64,000 bases of DNA from Squalus acanthias. Lineage: Eukaryota. Below the pieces are notes generated by a model. That model ran no database searches and was not told the DNA's origin. It worked only from the letters and a program-made list of their open reading frames with translations. The stretch covers positions 186,868,001 through 186,932,000 of the forward strand of contig CM059425.1 in assembly GCA_030390025.1 (NCBI GenBank), given 5' to 3'. Of the stretch, positions 36,093 through 48,990 are shown in pieces. Within the stretch, counting starts at the first letter, position 1; each line of letters opens with the position of its first letter. The position numbers and the translations under genes are program-made.

Positions 36093-38449
36093 CATTGCCA
36101 CATTGCACCAACTCCAGTTGCTGCCTGGCGGAATTAATGTAACTGGCCGGCAGCGCTGTTTAACTTCATGGACGGCCCATCAGGTGACTGCTGAGCTCTG
36201 TTCACTGGGCCCTGTAGGCCCGTACATTAATGCAGCCCTGCATGTCTCCTAGTTTTTCTTTCATTTATCCCCTTTTTATTCATGGCTTATTTCTACGGTT
36301 ATGCTTGTAATTTGTAAGCAAATTTGGTGTATTGGCTCACTTCATGTCCAAATATAGCTGACAAATTAAATACTATGGTATCAGGGTGATCAAGCAGATA
36401 GGATACTGCACAGTCAGACTGGACGGTGGACACATGCTGAAGGGTCTAGATCCTCATCCCAGCAACTGCCTGACACCGGTGTTCGATTCAGATTGCAAGA
36501 TGTGCATAAGACCTTTTTGTTTTTTCCTCACTTATTTTGGTAGAAACAGTATTTTGTCAACAAACATGAAGAAATTTGGACCTCAAAATGTTTTTTGTTC
36601 AGAAAAATTGCTCCTTCCAGCAAAAGTAGTGGTGGAACCTTTCATGTGGAAAGAGCTTTGTCCTGGAGAAGTCTCATTTTTATTGTGTAAAATATTTTGA
36701 GATGCATTGAAAGCATTTACTTTTATATAGTTTTTCTAGATAATGTGTTGTCTGAAACATGTTAATGAGTGCAGGACTCAGTAATAACCTCAAAGGATAT
36801 TTAGTCAATGTCTGGTGATGCTGTCCAAATAAAGAAGTTCAGGATTCAAAGGGTTAGCACAACTCACACTTCTTCCTAATTGGAGGTATCTCGTGTGGTA
36901 TTGAAATAAAATGTATTCAGTTTTATAATGTTGGCATTGAAGATACAGTATGAAAATGTGCAATCATTTTCTAGTGAAATTGCCTCAGGCCTACTACAGT
37001 TTTACATCCATTATGGTATAATAGCTTTCTGCTCTGTTGGCTTTGTTTTAAGAAGATCCTTTTTATAGCTATTCCTGTAGAACATCTGTAAATTTATTTA
37101 AGAAAAAGTGACAACTTCCCTACCAAAGCTCAGCATCTGAGTGGAACTCATGTACTACTAGTGTCAGCCTGCTCTTGCGAACAGTGTTGAACCTAGCTGT
37201 TCATTAATTTCACAGACAAGATCAAATGTCTGAAACTTGCTGATGTGACGTTAAGTTGTAAGCTTCACTCAGTGTGGATCGATTTTGTTTTTTGCGACTA
37301 CTGATTGCAGAACACTGCCTCATCATTTCCCTCAGCCTCAATGCAATTGGAGCATGCTCTTCATACATCCTATAACCCCCACCCCCACCCTTTCCTTTGT
37401 AAGCAGTGGCTTGAATGCGAGCGACGGTTAAAAAGACTGGCTGCTCTGTCTCGGGGATTTAACAGATGGAAGCTCTTGTTCTGTGGGCCAGCTGAATTCC
37501 ACTAATCTGTTTAAATACCTCATCAGCCCTGTCCGTTCTTCAAGGAGGATAATACAGAGGACGTGCAAAAACCACAAATCAAATTGCATTTTTAATACCA
37601 AATACACACTCCAGTAAGTGCTTGAAAATGAACTGAAACAAAAAATGTGGATTACTGAAACCTTTCAGCCTTTCTGATGGTAGACAGGAATAGAGAAATC
37701 CTACTAGTCCACTGAAGCAGAAAGGCTTTGGATTCATTTCAACTTAAGTACTAGATGGCATCTTGTAAATTATGTCCACTCAGGTGTTTGTGTAGTCTTA
37801 GAAATGAAGTTGTAAATGACACCAGCAATCATACAGCACTGAATGTATTGGCGGTTTATTTTTTGTCTTGATATTTCAGACATTGTACACACGCTACAGC
37901 ACTCGCCACAGGGCACTGCTTTTTTGACTTGTGTGCCAAGATAAACAAAAGTTTGCTTCAGTTGAGCAGGAATTGGTAAGCAGTCCTTTATGGACGACCG
38001 TAGCGCAGTCAGTTAATGTTTAACAGACAGTCTGAAAGCTGGGATCAAATCGGCATGCAGATTCCCTCTTTTGCCTCCCAGTGATTGCATAGATTCAGTG
38101 GCTGACAGGTTTGCTGAAATGAGCTGTCATGTCTTATCGGAGGACTCGGTCACAACAAATGGAGCAGGTGTGACAGGCACTGAAACAAGGCAGGATGAGA
38201 ACCGTCAGCTGCCTTCAGTTTATTGCAGGCAGCATCTGTGCCCTATTCAGATACTTCTGATTGCAGCTTTAAAACTGGATATTTAAATATTTATTTATTT
38301 ATTTTTGTTTCAGTAAATAGTTGCATGAATTGATTTTCATTTTAATACGGTTGGCATAAAATGAGTAAAAGAAATATTAGATTTAGTTTTCTTTCAAAGG
38401 ATTTGAGAGTTGTTCAGTGGTACTTTTTTTCTCCTCAATTTTCTCCGCT

Positions 38450-38790
38450 CTCTTACTTTCCCGAAGGTGTTCACTCCCTCACTGGGTCACGGTTCCACAG
38501 GTGGCCATTGCCCCCGGCCAAGCAATCATTATTCACGTCTGAGCCTTGAGAGTGAATGCTGGGAGGCTATCTGACAATTGAGCACGATCCTATCCTCATT
38601 CGGTCACCAGATAGTATAGCGATCAGGAACAGGATCACTGGCCAATTTTCCCTTCAAATCCAGAGGTGCTGCGACCAATTGTACTGCCTCAAGCCAGCTG
38701 AAGATCAGCTAACTCAACACAGGCTTGAGATCGAACACAAAACATTCCTGATCTTTTGCGCTGATCCATTGTGACAGCCACATCCAGTGG
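38450..38790 (-). mobile_element. Old SINE family 2 copy
   Basis: ccagctgaagatcagctaactcaacacaggcttgagatcgaac..ttcctgatct (head, reverse strand). Confidence 0.6.
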
Positions 38791-40364
38791 TACTTTTATT
38801 CTGCTCCTCTACAAACAAATATGTTGAATAGTCAGAACCTGATCCCATCAGTTGACCTCTCAATCTCCTTGTTGCTCTACTTTATCTCTGCCTCATTTGC
38901 TACAGTTTAGTCTCTGAGGGTACAAACTGGATTGGATTACGTATTGCTTTTGATTGCAGTTTTCTTCTCTGCTGATGATGTGAGCTTTTTAGGTTTTCTC
39001 ATTAATTAGCATTGTTGGGGATTGATGCTGGCATTGTCCCTCAACACTATTGTTCAAATGTTCTTCTCACTCCCAAACTGCTAATCCACCTGGCTCAGGA
39101 TTGAAGTGAACATGTTGCAAAACATGTTTTTTTTTAAATTACTGATGTTACAGTCTGCTTCTTTGTTTATGCCAAAGAAAGTAGGGAGAAGAATCTAAAA
39201 TAAAACATTTCACAGTGACATTTACCATTTCAAAACAATATAAATGTTACCACAATAATATCTAGTTTTACAGTTGGTGGTACTTGGTAATACCATTTTG
39301 GACCTAGTCTTTATGCTGATTCTCATATAACTTAAAGATTTCTTCTGTTTACAATGGCGCTGTGTCTCTGCAAATCTCCACACTGATTGACCTTAGCAGA
39401 GTAGAAAGAGAAAAATGAACAAAAGAAGCTTGCAGGCCAAATTGGGCTGCATAAAGAGGCTGTAAAAGCTGTCACAAGCCTGATTGATTGGCTCTCACGC
39501 TGCAGTCCCTGGTGCAAGGCAATAATGTTCTTGCCTCTTCTGTAAGGGCTTGATGTGCCATCAGGGTTGAGCTTATCAGCTGTAGGGCCAATGTTTGAGA
39601 TGAGGGCAAAGTGCAATCAATAATTTATACAGAAACCTTGCTCTCTTGGATGGTGTTCACATTGTTGAGTTTTATCTATAAATTACTGTTGCCAGAAGGA
39701 ATGCAACCTGCCTAGCAGTTAAATGTCATTATGCAGATGCTGCTTAGAAAGACATGTATTAGATGATGGAATTGCCTGTATTGCTAGGTACTCATTTAAA
39801 CAAAAATATGAATTCTGCGAAACTCCGATAAGATGACCGTACCTTCTGGTTACCAACATTGGGGAACACCAGAGAAACAGAAAATACATCAACTCACTTG
39901 GTCCTAAAGTATGCACAGTACACAGGGAGTGATTTTTGTGGCAGTTTATTCTTTTGTCATTGTCGTGACAAAAGAAGTGGCACGTGAAACTACTGAATAG
40001 AAAACAAGCAACTGAGGGTGTATTGTCCTCTTTTTGATGCTCCCCAACTCTTCAGTTTCTGCAGTTCCAGCCTACAGTTCAAAATCTCCTGATGGCTTTA
40101 TATGCCATTGTACCCCTGCTGTATGTTACAAAGGTTCATGCAAAAGATACTTTAAGTCCTAATTTCCATTGACAATATCTGACTTATTAAGAACCATAGG
40201 GATGGACTCTGAATGTCGGCCATGCCAGTAATGCCCACATCCTGAGAATGAATTAAAAAGAACTACGACCCATAAAATAGCTGTCATGATACCTTGGTAG
40301 TTAATGAACATTACAATTCAATTAATTAATTTTTAGTGTTCATTCTAAGTGTAATTTGTTATCA

Positions 40365-40680
40365 GGGCTTCCCCAATGGCTTAGTGGTTAAATGTTTTGG
40401 GTAGTATGGCCCAAGATTGATAGAATTAGCTGATCTCATCTGGAGGTATAGGGGTGCCACTATTGGCCAGGGAAGGAAAAGTAACCCAGGGTTTATGCTC
40501 CTGCTGAAAAGTACACGTGTGGACATCAGAACATGATTAGGCTTGGCTGTGAGGTTCCCTGTGACGGAAATAGTCTGCCAAAATTAGTTGTCTAGACTCT
40601 CACATGAAGAATGACCACTGGAGGACTTCAGTAGCAATGGAACTGTACTCCAGTGCCTTGGAGGGCGGGGAAAAGAAAAT
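40365..40680 (+). mobile_element. Old SINE family 2 copy
   Basis: gggcttccccaatggcttagtggttaaatg (A box) ..gaattagctgatctcatctgg..gtgtggacatcag..aatagtctgcc..cacatgaagaatgaccac. Confidence 0.6.
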
Positions 40681-40842
40681 TGGATTAAAAAGAGTTAGAA
40701 AGCAAGACTACCCATTGGCCAATTTGTCTGGCCACTTCTCAAACAAGCCTAAAAAATAGTAACTTTGGAAATGATATGGCATCCAAATCCACACTTTCTA
40801 CCCATATATATCTAACATCTAAGCTATGAGTTTTAAGTTAAT

Positions 40843-41413
40843 GGTTTTGAGTTTCCGCGAGATTGCGTTCGTATTTTCAGCGCAATTCACCCGAAATCAG
40901 CCAAAACAGTTCAAAAGATCGAGGAATTTCAACCGCAAATTACGTCCAGCGCAAATCGAGTTTCTGCGATCTTTTGTACACCAATGAAACTATAAATGGT
41001 TCTGTATAGCTTTTAAAAGTCATTTTCAGTTATTTAAAATTGGGTTACTCACAGGTGGACTAGATACTCTGATTAGAAATGCTTATTTTTTGTGATAAAC
41101 CCATTTTCAGCTATATTGATAAAACTGCACCAGGTTACCACTCTTATATATATTAAGGAATATTTTTAATGCAAAATTTTATTTTAAAAAATTACATTCT
41201 AAAACGCTGCCCAATTGATGGAAGAGTTTACGTTGACGATATGCAAATGAGTTTGAGCGGAAACCAGAGCAAAAAAAAATAATTTCTGAAAACTAGCACA
41301 ATTTGGGCCCGATTGCCGGTTGTGCCCAAAGCGGAAGCGGCAAATGCTTGTACATTACTTACTGAACAACCTTGCATTCTAGTAAGGTAGCGGCAATATA
41401 GCCGCAACTTCTC
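40843..41413. mobile_element. Possible decayed DNA transposon (CpG-rich ends, AT-rich core)
   Basis: Compositional contrast only; TIRs not cleanly resolved. Confidence 0.3.
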
Positions 41414-41799
41414 TTTTAAGATTTTAATTGACTGACTGGGTTCTTAAGACTCCCCATATGTAAAGACCAGTGATCTTTATTTGACCTGTAAAATAAGTAG
41501 AATTTGCAGAGGTTGGAACTTTTCTGCCCTGGATTTGGCAGATGACTTGAAAAGTCAAAATGACCATCAGAGATCAATAAACACTTAAACCATCTGCCCA
41601 GGTTGGTCTTTATACTAAACTATGAATGTTGGCAATAAGGAACCACAAGGTCCAAATGCTTGGGTTCTTAATAGCAGTACTCTTGAAGAGGTAGAAAATA
41701 TTACTTGCCTTGGAAATGTATGGACTTTTGGAGTCAAACTAGACAGCAAGAGACAAGAATAAGTATATCTTTCCAAGAACTGAAGAGCCTCTGGAATCA

Positions 41800-42240
41800 A
41801 AGGGAATATGGATGAATAACTTTAACTACACATCTTACAGAAATCCAAGTTGTTTCACCAAGGCGCCAAAAATGGCTGAGAATCTTTGGTCTATAACGCA
41901 AGACTAGACTCCTTTCAACCTGATTATCTTTTGTGCTGTTTCAGGAATATGATGGTAAATTCAAATCACAAAGCAAGAAATATACTGCTTTTGGAAGATT
42001 CAGCCAGAACTCAGCATTACCTGGAAGATTAGACTAAAGTGGGTTGGACGTGTACAGTGGACAGATGAGAAAAACTTCTTTAAGAAATTGCTACAGTGGA
42101 CACCAGCAGAAACTAGAGCTTACAAGCAATGGATAGACCTCATTGATCAAGACTTGTCCAACAGGCAGGAAGGGTGCTGATGCAGTTAGCACACAGGAAG
42201 AAATGGGAAAGATCTGGTAGCATCCCAATGCACTGAGAAG
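41800..42240 (+). mobile_element. Highly decayed RTE-like LINE 3' fragment
   Basis: agactaaagtgggttggacgtgta reads RLKWVGRV (cf. RLRWxGHV), followed by ttgctacagtggacacca (LLQWTP) and tggatagac (WID), typical of RTE ORF C-termini. Confidence 0.45.
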
Positions 42241-43314
42241 TGTGGTACTGATCAATCTTACGTGTTCCAGTGTCTCTAACCCCCGTTTGATTCCCTGCTT
42301 TGTTACTGCTAAGATCAGGTTTAAGTGACTGACTGTTGTTTTGCAAATTTTTTTTTTGCCCAATTGCATTGTAAAGATATAAAGGGTCAATTAACACTAT
42401 AGAATTGTATTGTACTGCCTGTGAACTCGAGGAAGGCTGTGGTAAATAGAGCTGAGTTTTTGAATTGAACATGTGCTCTGTGAGGAAGATAAGGTGTTGA
42501 TTGTATAATGCTGACACATATTCAGGCAAGTCAATCTGTAACCAGCAAAGTGAAGGCTTTTCTGGGAATGGTGCTTTTTCTACTATCCAAGCAAAAGGCG
42601 ACTTTGCTTCAGTGACTGCTGACAAAGACCCTGTTAACTAACCATGCTTCTGGAGAAGTCTATTAGTTGCACTCCATTAGTCTTGTTTACAGAAAAGCTC
42701 TGGTCTCTAAGCACATGATTGAAGTACTTGTAGTTGAATTTTATGCTGAGGATAAAGAACTTTAGAATGTAAGGCAGGGACACAAAGACTGAGACAAGGA
42801 GAAGCAGTGCTTACTGTATATAATACATAGGTTCTTATTTAAAGAAAAGCATACAGGAAAAGGCATTGTGTACCATTTGAAGTAACTTCTGCTCTACATT
42901 GATGTGCATTCCAGTGCATTGTTGAAAGCAAAAGAAGGCATGTACAGTAGCCGTTTTTACTTTAAGTCCTTGTTGAAACAGTAAACACAGCTGTTGGTGA
43001 GTTTCATCTAATAGTATAATTATAATTTAAAACTGTGGATTAAGGAGAGATTAGTGAACAAAATGTACACGGTAATCTCCCTTTCCTTAACGTTTTAAAA
43101 ATGTCCATAACATTTCAATATGAGCCCACTGAAATCCATTGGTTTGTCTGTCATCACCCACTTTACCACCTGGACAAAACCGTTGATCATTAAGCAGCAT
43201 ATATGTATGTGTTCTGAACCTTTTTCACAAATTGTCTAAAAGATTAGTCTATTTACTAGAGGGCACAGCGTGGACTGCATTTCAAACCAAATATATTAAA
43301 GCATGAAGGCAATA

Positions 43315-43615
43315 GAAAGAAAGAAGTTGAATTTATATACTGCCTTTCACATCCTCAGGACGTCCCAAAGCACTTCACAGCCAATGAATTACTTTTGAAG
43401 TGTCGTCACTATTGTTAGTAGGCAAATGTGACAGCCAATTTATACAAAGGGTCCCACAAACAGCGATGAGATAAATGATCAGTTAATCTGGTTTTTTTCT
43501 GGTGGTGTCGGTGTGGGATAAATGTTGGCCAGGACACCGGGAGAATCCCCCTGCTCTTGTGCCATGGAATCTTTTACATCCACCTGAACAGGCAGACGGG
43601 ACCTGGGTTTAAACA
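43315..43615 (-). mobile_element. Older DeuSINE 3' two-thirds
   Basis: atttatatactgcctttcac..gtcccaaagcacttcacagccaatgaattacttttgaagtg..tggccaggacaccgggag..gccatggaatcttttacatccacctga. Confidence 0.8.
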
Positions 43616-45494
43616 GCCCAATACAGTGAGTTTTTTTCAGCATAAATAATACGTAGAATATCCTCTGAAGTATAAAAGGCCTTTATTACTTTTTTCTGTT
43701 AGGTTTTGCAGTATTAAAGGTAAATATGATTTAAAGCCTGTGGTTAGCGAGGCATTGCATTTTTTTTTTAAAGTTATTTTTTTGGCCATGTTAATAAAGA
43801 GCTGGTTAAGAGAGTGCTGATTTAGGAAGACAGCAGCTGGGTGCCAAGAGGGCTTATGAATGCTTTTTGTTTTACTTGGAACTGATTGAAAAAAAGCCTG
43901 AGGCTGGCACAAATTGTACAGCATTTTTAAAAAGACATTAATGGGCTTTCAGGCATGTTGGAAGCTATGAACCCTTGTAGCTTTGGAACTATAAACAGTT
44001 TAGTGTTCCAGAATTTATTTTTGTTAAATAAGGCTTTCAAAAGAAGTTTTATTAAAAAAAATACAACAAAGTGTCAAAATATTAAGATTGTTGAAGCAAT
44101 TTGTCTGACTTGTTGGTTTTTGAAAGGTTCTTGTGACGATGCATGATGGGAAGGCATTTATACAAGTGGTTGAAGAGCTAATCGTCTTGTTGTGTTATGA
44201 TAAATGACTGTTAACTTCTCAGAAAAAATTTAATTTACCAAGCGATGGCACGCAGATGTGTAAAAATATCAAAGTATTAAGAGCTCTGCAATAATAAAGG
44301 TCAGATTGACAAGTTAGGAAATATATAAGAAAAGCAATCATTAGAAAATATGACTTTTGATTTGGTCATTTGGAACAATAATACTTCAATCACATGATAG
44401 AAAATGAAAAAAATAAATGACTTTTTAATAAAATAACTTAAAATCCCCTTCCCCCACGTTGTAAATAGTCTATTAAGGCTTGATGTGTGTGTGTGTGTTT
44501 GGAAGGCATTGAGGTAACAGCATATGTGAGTTGTTTGGCGTGGGGGTGAGAAATGATTCAGCTCTAGGAAGCCTTGGTTTGGTAGATAATGGCACAATCT
44601 TTTGCAATAAATAGTTGCAGTGATCCTATAATTAATGAAGCTGCAGGAAGCAACCGTGACAGAGGAGATGAAAGCCCTGCATGCGAGTGTTCATGATAAT
44701 TGATGTGCAGCCGCGTAGAAGGATAGCAATAAGGGAAGGCTGTAGGAAAGGGCAGTTGTGGCTTTCATACTGCAGTAGGATTGGAGGAGGGGAAGCTTCA
44801 GCCTTGCTACCAGTTCCCACTCATCCATGGAGCACAATGAGGCTTATTAATATGGATAGGATATTGATATTCAATTGTGTGTGTGATTTACAGAGAGTGG
44901 AAGTCCTTGAAGAAAAGTTTAAAGGTCAGCTCATGGGATTAATCAAAAGGCTTTTTGAATTTGAAATGAAAGAACGCGACTGTTGGTAATAGGACTTGAA
45001 CTGTATAGGGGACAAACCAAAACTCATTAACAGGCAGAAGTTTAATTTCAGTGTGGCATTTAGCAAAAGTTTTGAATCACACAAAAATACCATTGTCTTT
45101 TGCTGTTGCAGTGTAACTGTATTTTAAGAAACACTTTTATATTTTATCTTTTCTTTCGATTTACAAGGCTCCCTTATTTTACTGGCTGAAGCAATTCGTA
45201 GTCCAAAGTTGTGTTCCAGAGCCCCATGGCTTGGGTGTCAGTGTTTGTGTCCTTGTTAAGAATGTATCCATTTCTGGACAGTGTGTTTAGAAGACGATGT
45301 AATTTGAACAACATTTTCTGGGTTTCTTTTCCAAAAGAGGGAGTTAATGGCAAAAAAAACCTTCAATTGCTGTCATTCAAGTAGAAGTGAAGACATTCTT
45401 AATTTGCAAATTTACTTTTCATTTGCCCTTATACTCTGTATTAAAATTGAACACGTTTGCTAAATTAAGAATTGGATACGTTTGTGATCTATGA

Positions 45495-45807
45495 CAGGAG
45501 TGTCCAGACCTAAGTCTTCATGGGCCGTATAATTTTGTACCACGGAGCCTCAATGACCACATATGAAGTTCAAATCCATGTTCCCATTAACTTGCATATA
45601 TCTCACATTGCTGATTCTAGCAGATCTGAATTAGGCATTATTCACCAATGTCTCAATGATGCAACAGCTCTAAGAGCAGCCCTCTGGGCCCACAAAATTC
45701 AAATGGGACAAACTGGCAAATATAACTGAATTGCTTGGACTACTAGTGCTGCATTGCCAGGGTTCAGGGGCCACATATGGCTCCAGGCTGCAGGTTGGGC
45801 ACTTACG
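45495..45807. mobile_element. Decayed hAT (Charlie-like) MITE
   Basis: Left end CAGGAGTGTCCAGACC; right end ..gggccacatatggctccaggctgcaggttgggcacttacg; 8-bp flanks atctatga / atgcatga (6/8 match). Confidence 0.5.
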
Positions 45808-46224
45808 ATGCATGAGATATATATCACCTCCTGTCCGTCCGTCGTACCCACCCCCCACCACCTCTCCAGTTTTCTCCCCTTACTTATCCTGGTCTGAAGG
45901 CTGCAACTCAGGCTTGAGTATGGGTACCCAGGTGCTAGCAGCTCTCGTGGCGATTCTTCATGTTTCAAACTGGACATTCAGTGATGGCAGGATATCCAAC
46001 TGGGTAGGGGGGGCGGGGGTGTGTTTCACTGCTAAGCCTGAGCCCGTCCTTGCCTGGTAGTTGTGTATGAGTATCTGCAGTAAAAGGTCACTGTATACCC
46101 ATTAGGAACTGGAACCCTGGCCATCGTATATTTTCGAACCCAAGGATTTTGAGGTCGATTGTAGCGACCTGCCTGACTGAAACATTTGTATCTGGACATT
46201 TACAGGATTGCTCAAGGCTATCAG

Positions 46225-46385
46225 GTTACCTGGTCATTTGTCCCATTTTGTGTTTGTGGGATCTTGCAGTGTGCAAATTGACGACCATGGTAGCCAACAA
46301 AATAAATGCGAGTGCACTGTAATTCTTTGGTTGTGGAGTACTTTAGAACATCTTGAAGACATGAAAAGCAATATATAAATGCTAG
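46225..46385 (+). mobile_element. Decayed DeuSINE 3' fragment
   Basis: ttacctggtcatttgtccc..gtttgtgggatcttgcagtgtgcaaattg..atatataaatgctag. Confidence 0.55.
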
Positions 46386-47413
46386 TTTTTATGTTTATTA
46401 AAGAAAACTTTTTTGTATGAAATGGTGCAAATTGCTGACTGTGGAACTTGCTAATCAAATTGATGTAGGCCTTCTCCCAATGCGCTTGTATTATATTTGT
46501 CAGGGAGATTAATTTAATTTAGAGTGCTGAGACACAAATCGTATTTTATAGTTGTAGATAAGTTGGAGCTGTGATTGTGGGTTTGTCTAGATAAGGCAAC
46601 CAAGAGATTAGGGAGTGCTGATCTTGTAGCTGAAAGGAATGATTTAACTTGATGCTTATCTCAACCTGCAGTAAGTTTGTGCACATTGGTTCCAGGCCTC
46701 GACCCCTCCCCACAATATAAGTGGCTGCAAGTGGAGGGACATGTATTGGGAGAGCGGTGGGGGTTACCTGTTTCTGAGGCCTTTTGAATCATAAAGCCAG
46801 ATGTTAGCTAACCATTCAGACGTGCCTTCATGCTTTAAGCAGTGAATAAGCTTGAATGTAGTTTTCTTAGAACTGCAATGATTTTTTTTTGGATCAATAC
46901 TACACATCAGGCAGCAGAACAAAGGCTGCAGAGATGTGACAGTGATGGAAATCTCGTTGCATTGGAACACACAGTCCCCAGTGGCAAACATTCTTCCTTT
47001 TTGTGCTGGAGTTTTGTTTCAGTGGAGCTGCAGCTGAGTACAAGTTTCACTTGAAAATAACTGATAAAAATGGGGAGGATTGACAGTTAACAAGTGTTGC
47101 TTTGGTGGCTAGTGGCAATTTTTCAGTTGTTTACACCACGTAATTATGTAAGGGGGGCGGGGTGGTAGGTGAATGCAGCCTTTTTTCAAATAGATTTGCT
47201 CAGACTGTTCTGGAAGGATGTAAAAGAGCCCAATTTTAGAATTTAAGGATAGCAGGAAATATTGGTGAAAGAAATACCCTGTGTACTAACCAGAAGTGAG
47301 GTGACACTACTTTGGGTTTTTGAGTATTCATCAAGATTTGAGCTTTTTTTTCTCGCTGCTTTTCTCTTGAACTCTTTGCTGGGATACAGTCGACCTCTGC
47401 TATTTAGCCCAAG

Positions 47414-47795
47414 CAAACATACGAACAGGAGCAGCAGGCCATTGAGCCCCTCGAGCCTGTTCCGCCATTTAGTGAGATCATGGCTAATCTGAAACCAAAC
47501 TCCATATACCCCACCTTTGGCCCATATCCCTTTTTGGTTAACAAAAGCTATCAATCTCTGATTTCAAATTAACAATTGATCTAGCATCAATTGCCGTTTA
47601 CGGAAGAGAGTTCCAAACTTCTACCACCCTTTGTGTGTAGAAGTGTTTCCTAATTTCACTCCTGAAAGGTCTGACTCTAATTTTTAGACTATGCCCCCCC
47701 CCCAGTCCTAGAATCCCCAACCAGCGGAAATAGTTTCTCTCTATCTACCCTATCTGTTCCCCTTAATATCTTGAAAACTTCAATCAGATCACCCA
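47414..47795 (-). mobile_element. CR1 3' fragment (ORF2 C-terminus and tail)
   Basis: ggagcagcaggccattgagcccctcgagcctgttccgcc..gagagttccaaacttctaccaccctttgtgtg..aaatagtttctctctatctaccctatc..atcttgaaaacttcaatcagatcacc. Confidence 0.82.
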
Positions 47796-48810
47796 TTATT
47801 TAACTGTGCTGGCACACTATTCGAGAGCAGCTGTTGTCACACTCCATGTACACACATATGTACCTTTAGGAGAGACCACTGGATATCAATGAAGATCGGG
47901 AAACCTGGCGAATTAATTTTTCCTTCTCCCTAACAGAAAGGTGCTGAGGCCAGTTGTAACTAGCCCGGGGATTTAACCTGAGACCTCGCTGGTTGTAGGG
48001 CTTTGCTGGATAAGTTCGCTGAGCTATCGAGGAAGCTGTCTAGTTCACATTGTGAAACCCTAGCCCTAGTACGTATATATGGCTGCCGCATGCCTCTCAT
48101 TGTTTGTTCTGTAAGAACCGCAGTTTTCCAACAAGAGCGCACTGCTCCCCTAACGGTCAATGTGCTGCACAATTCTGAAGCTTTAAATCAGAGAAACTTT
48201 TGTCGCTGGGTAAGATTTTTTTTGAACCACACGCTTACTGCTTTTATAGTATGAAAAATGGTGACAGCAAATGTAACTTATTTTTCTGTTTGCTAAACCA
48301 TGGTGTGTGTTCCAATTATAATTAAAATGTTTACTGTATTAAATTATTCTCAAACCTCCCTCTTCCATTTTTGGTACATTAACAGATGCAATCATGAGAC
48401 GATCAGTAATAATCCAGCAGCGTTCATCTATCCTTTCACAAAAGACAAATGGCAGAGTCAGCCCACAATTTATAGCACAATGTGCTCCAGAGCATAAAGT
48501 GTTTCATTCTATTTCTCCTTGTGCTGTTGCCCTCCACTGTACTGCAACACGTTATTTGTTCAGATAAGCTTTGTCCTTAGCATTACAAGGGGTTACTAAT
48601 CACCACTTTGTACTCAAGATAGTTTGACGCTGAGCAATAACTGACATTTCTCTGACCTAAAGGTTTGGAACTGTGCAACACAATTACATCTAGGAGTGTT
48701 GTGCTTTTATAAGGAACTCCTGCAGTTCTTACAGAATCACTAGTCGTACGAGGCATAAGGCAGCCATATGTACCAAGGCTAGGCCTTCAAAATCTCTAAC
48801 TAGCTGTAAG

Positions 48811-48990
48811 GGGGCAGATTTTCCTCTTGTGCACTTGGTTGTTAAATAATCGCCTGGGTGGAGAGTATAGAGGAGAATTGGACGGAGAGGATTGCACGCC
48901 TGGAAGTGCTTCATCCCAGATGTGCACTCTCCCCACTCAGCTTTCCTCTATGTGCTCTGCCCAGGCAATTATTTAACACCCAAAGAGCAA
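48811..48990. mobile_element. Fold-back MITE, right TIR lost
   Basis: Left TIR-like GGGGCAGATTTT; arm gttaaataatcgcctgggtggagagtatagagga pairs with tcctctatgtgctctgcccaggcaattatttaac. Confidence 0.62.
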
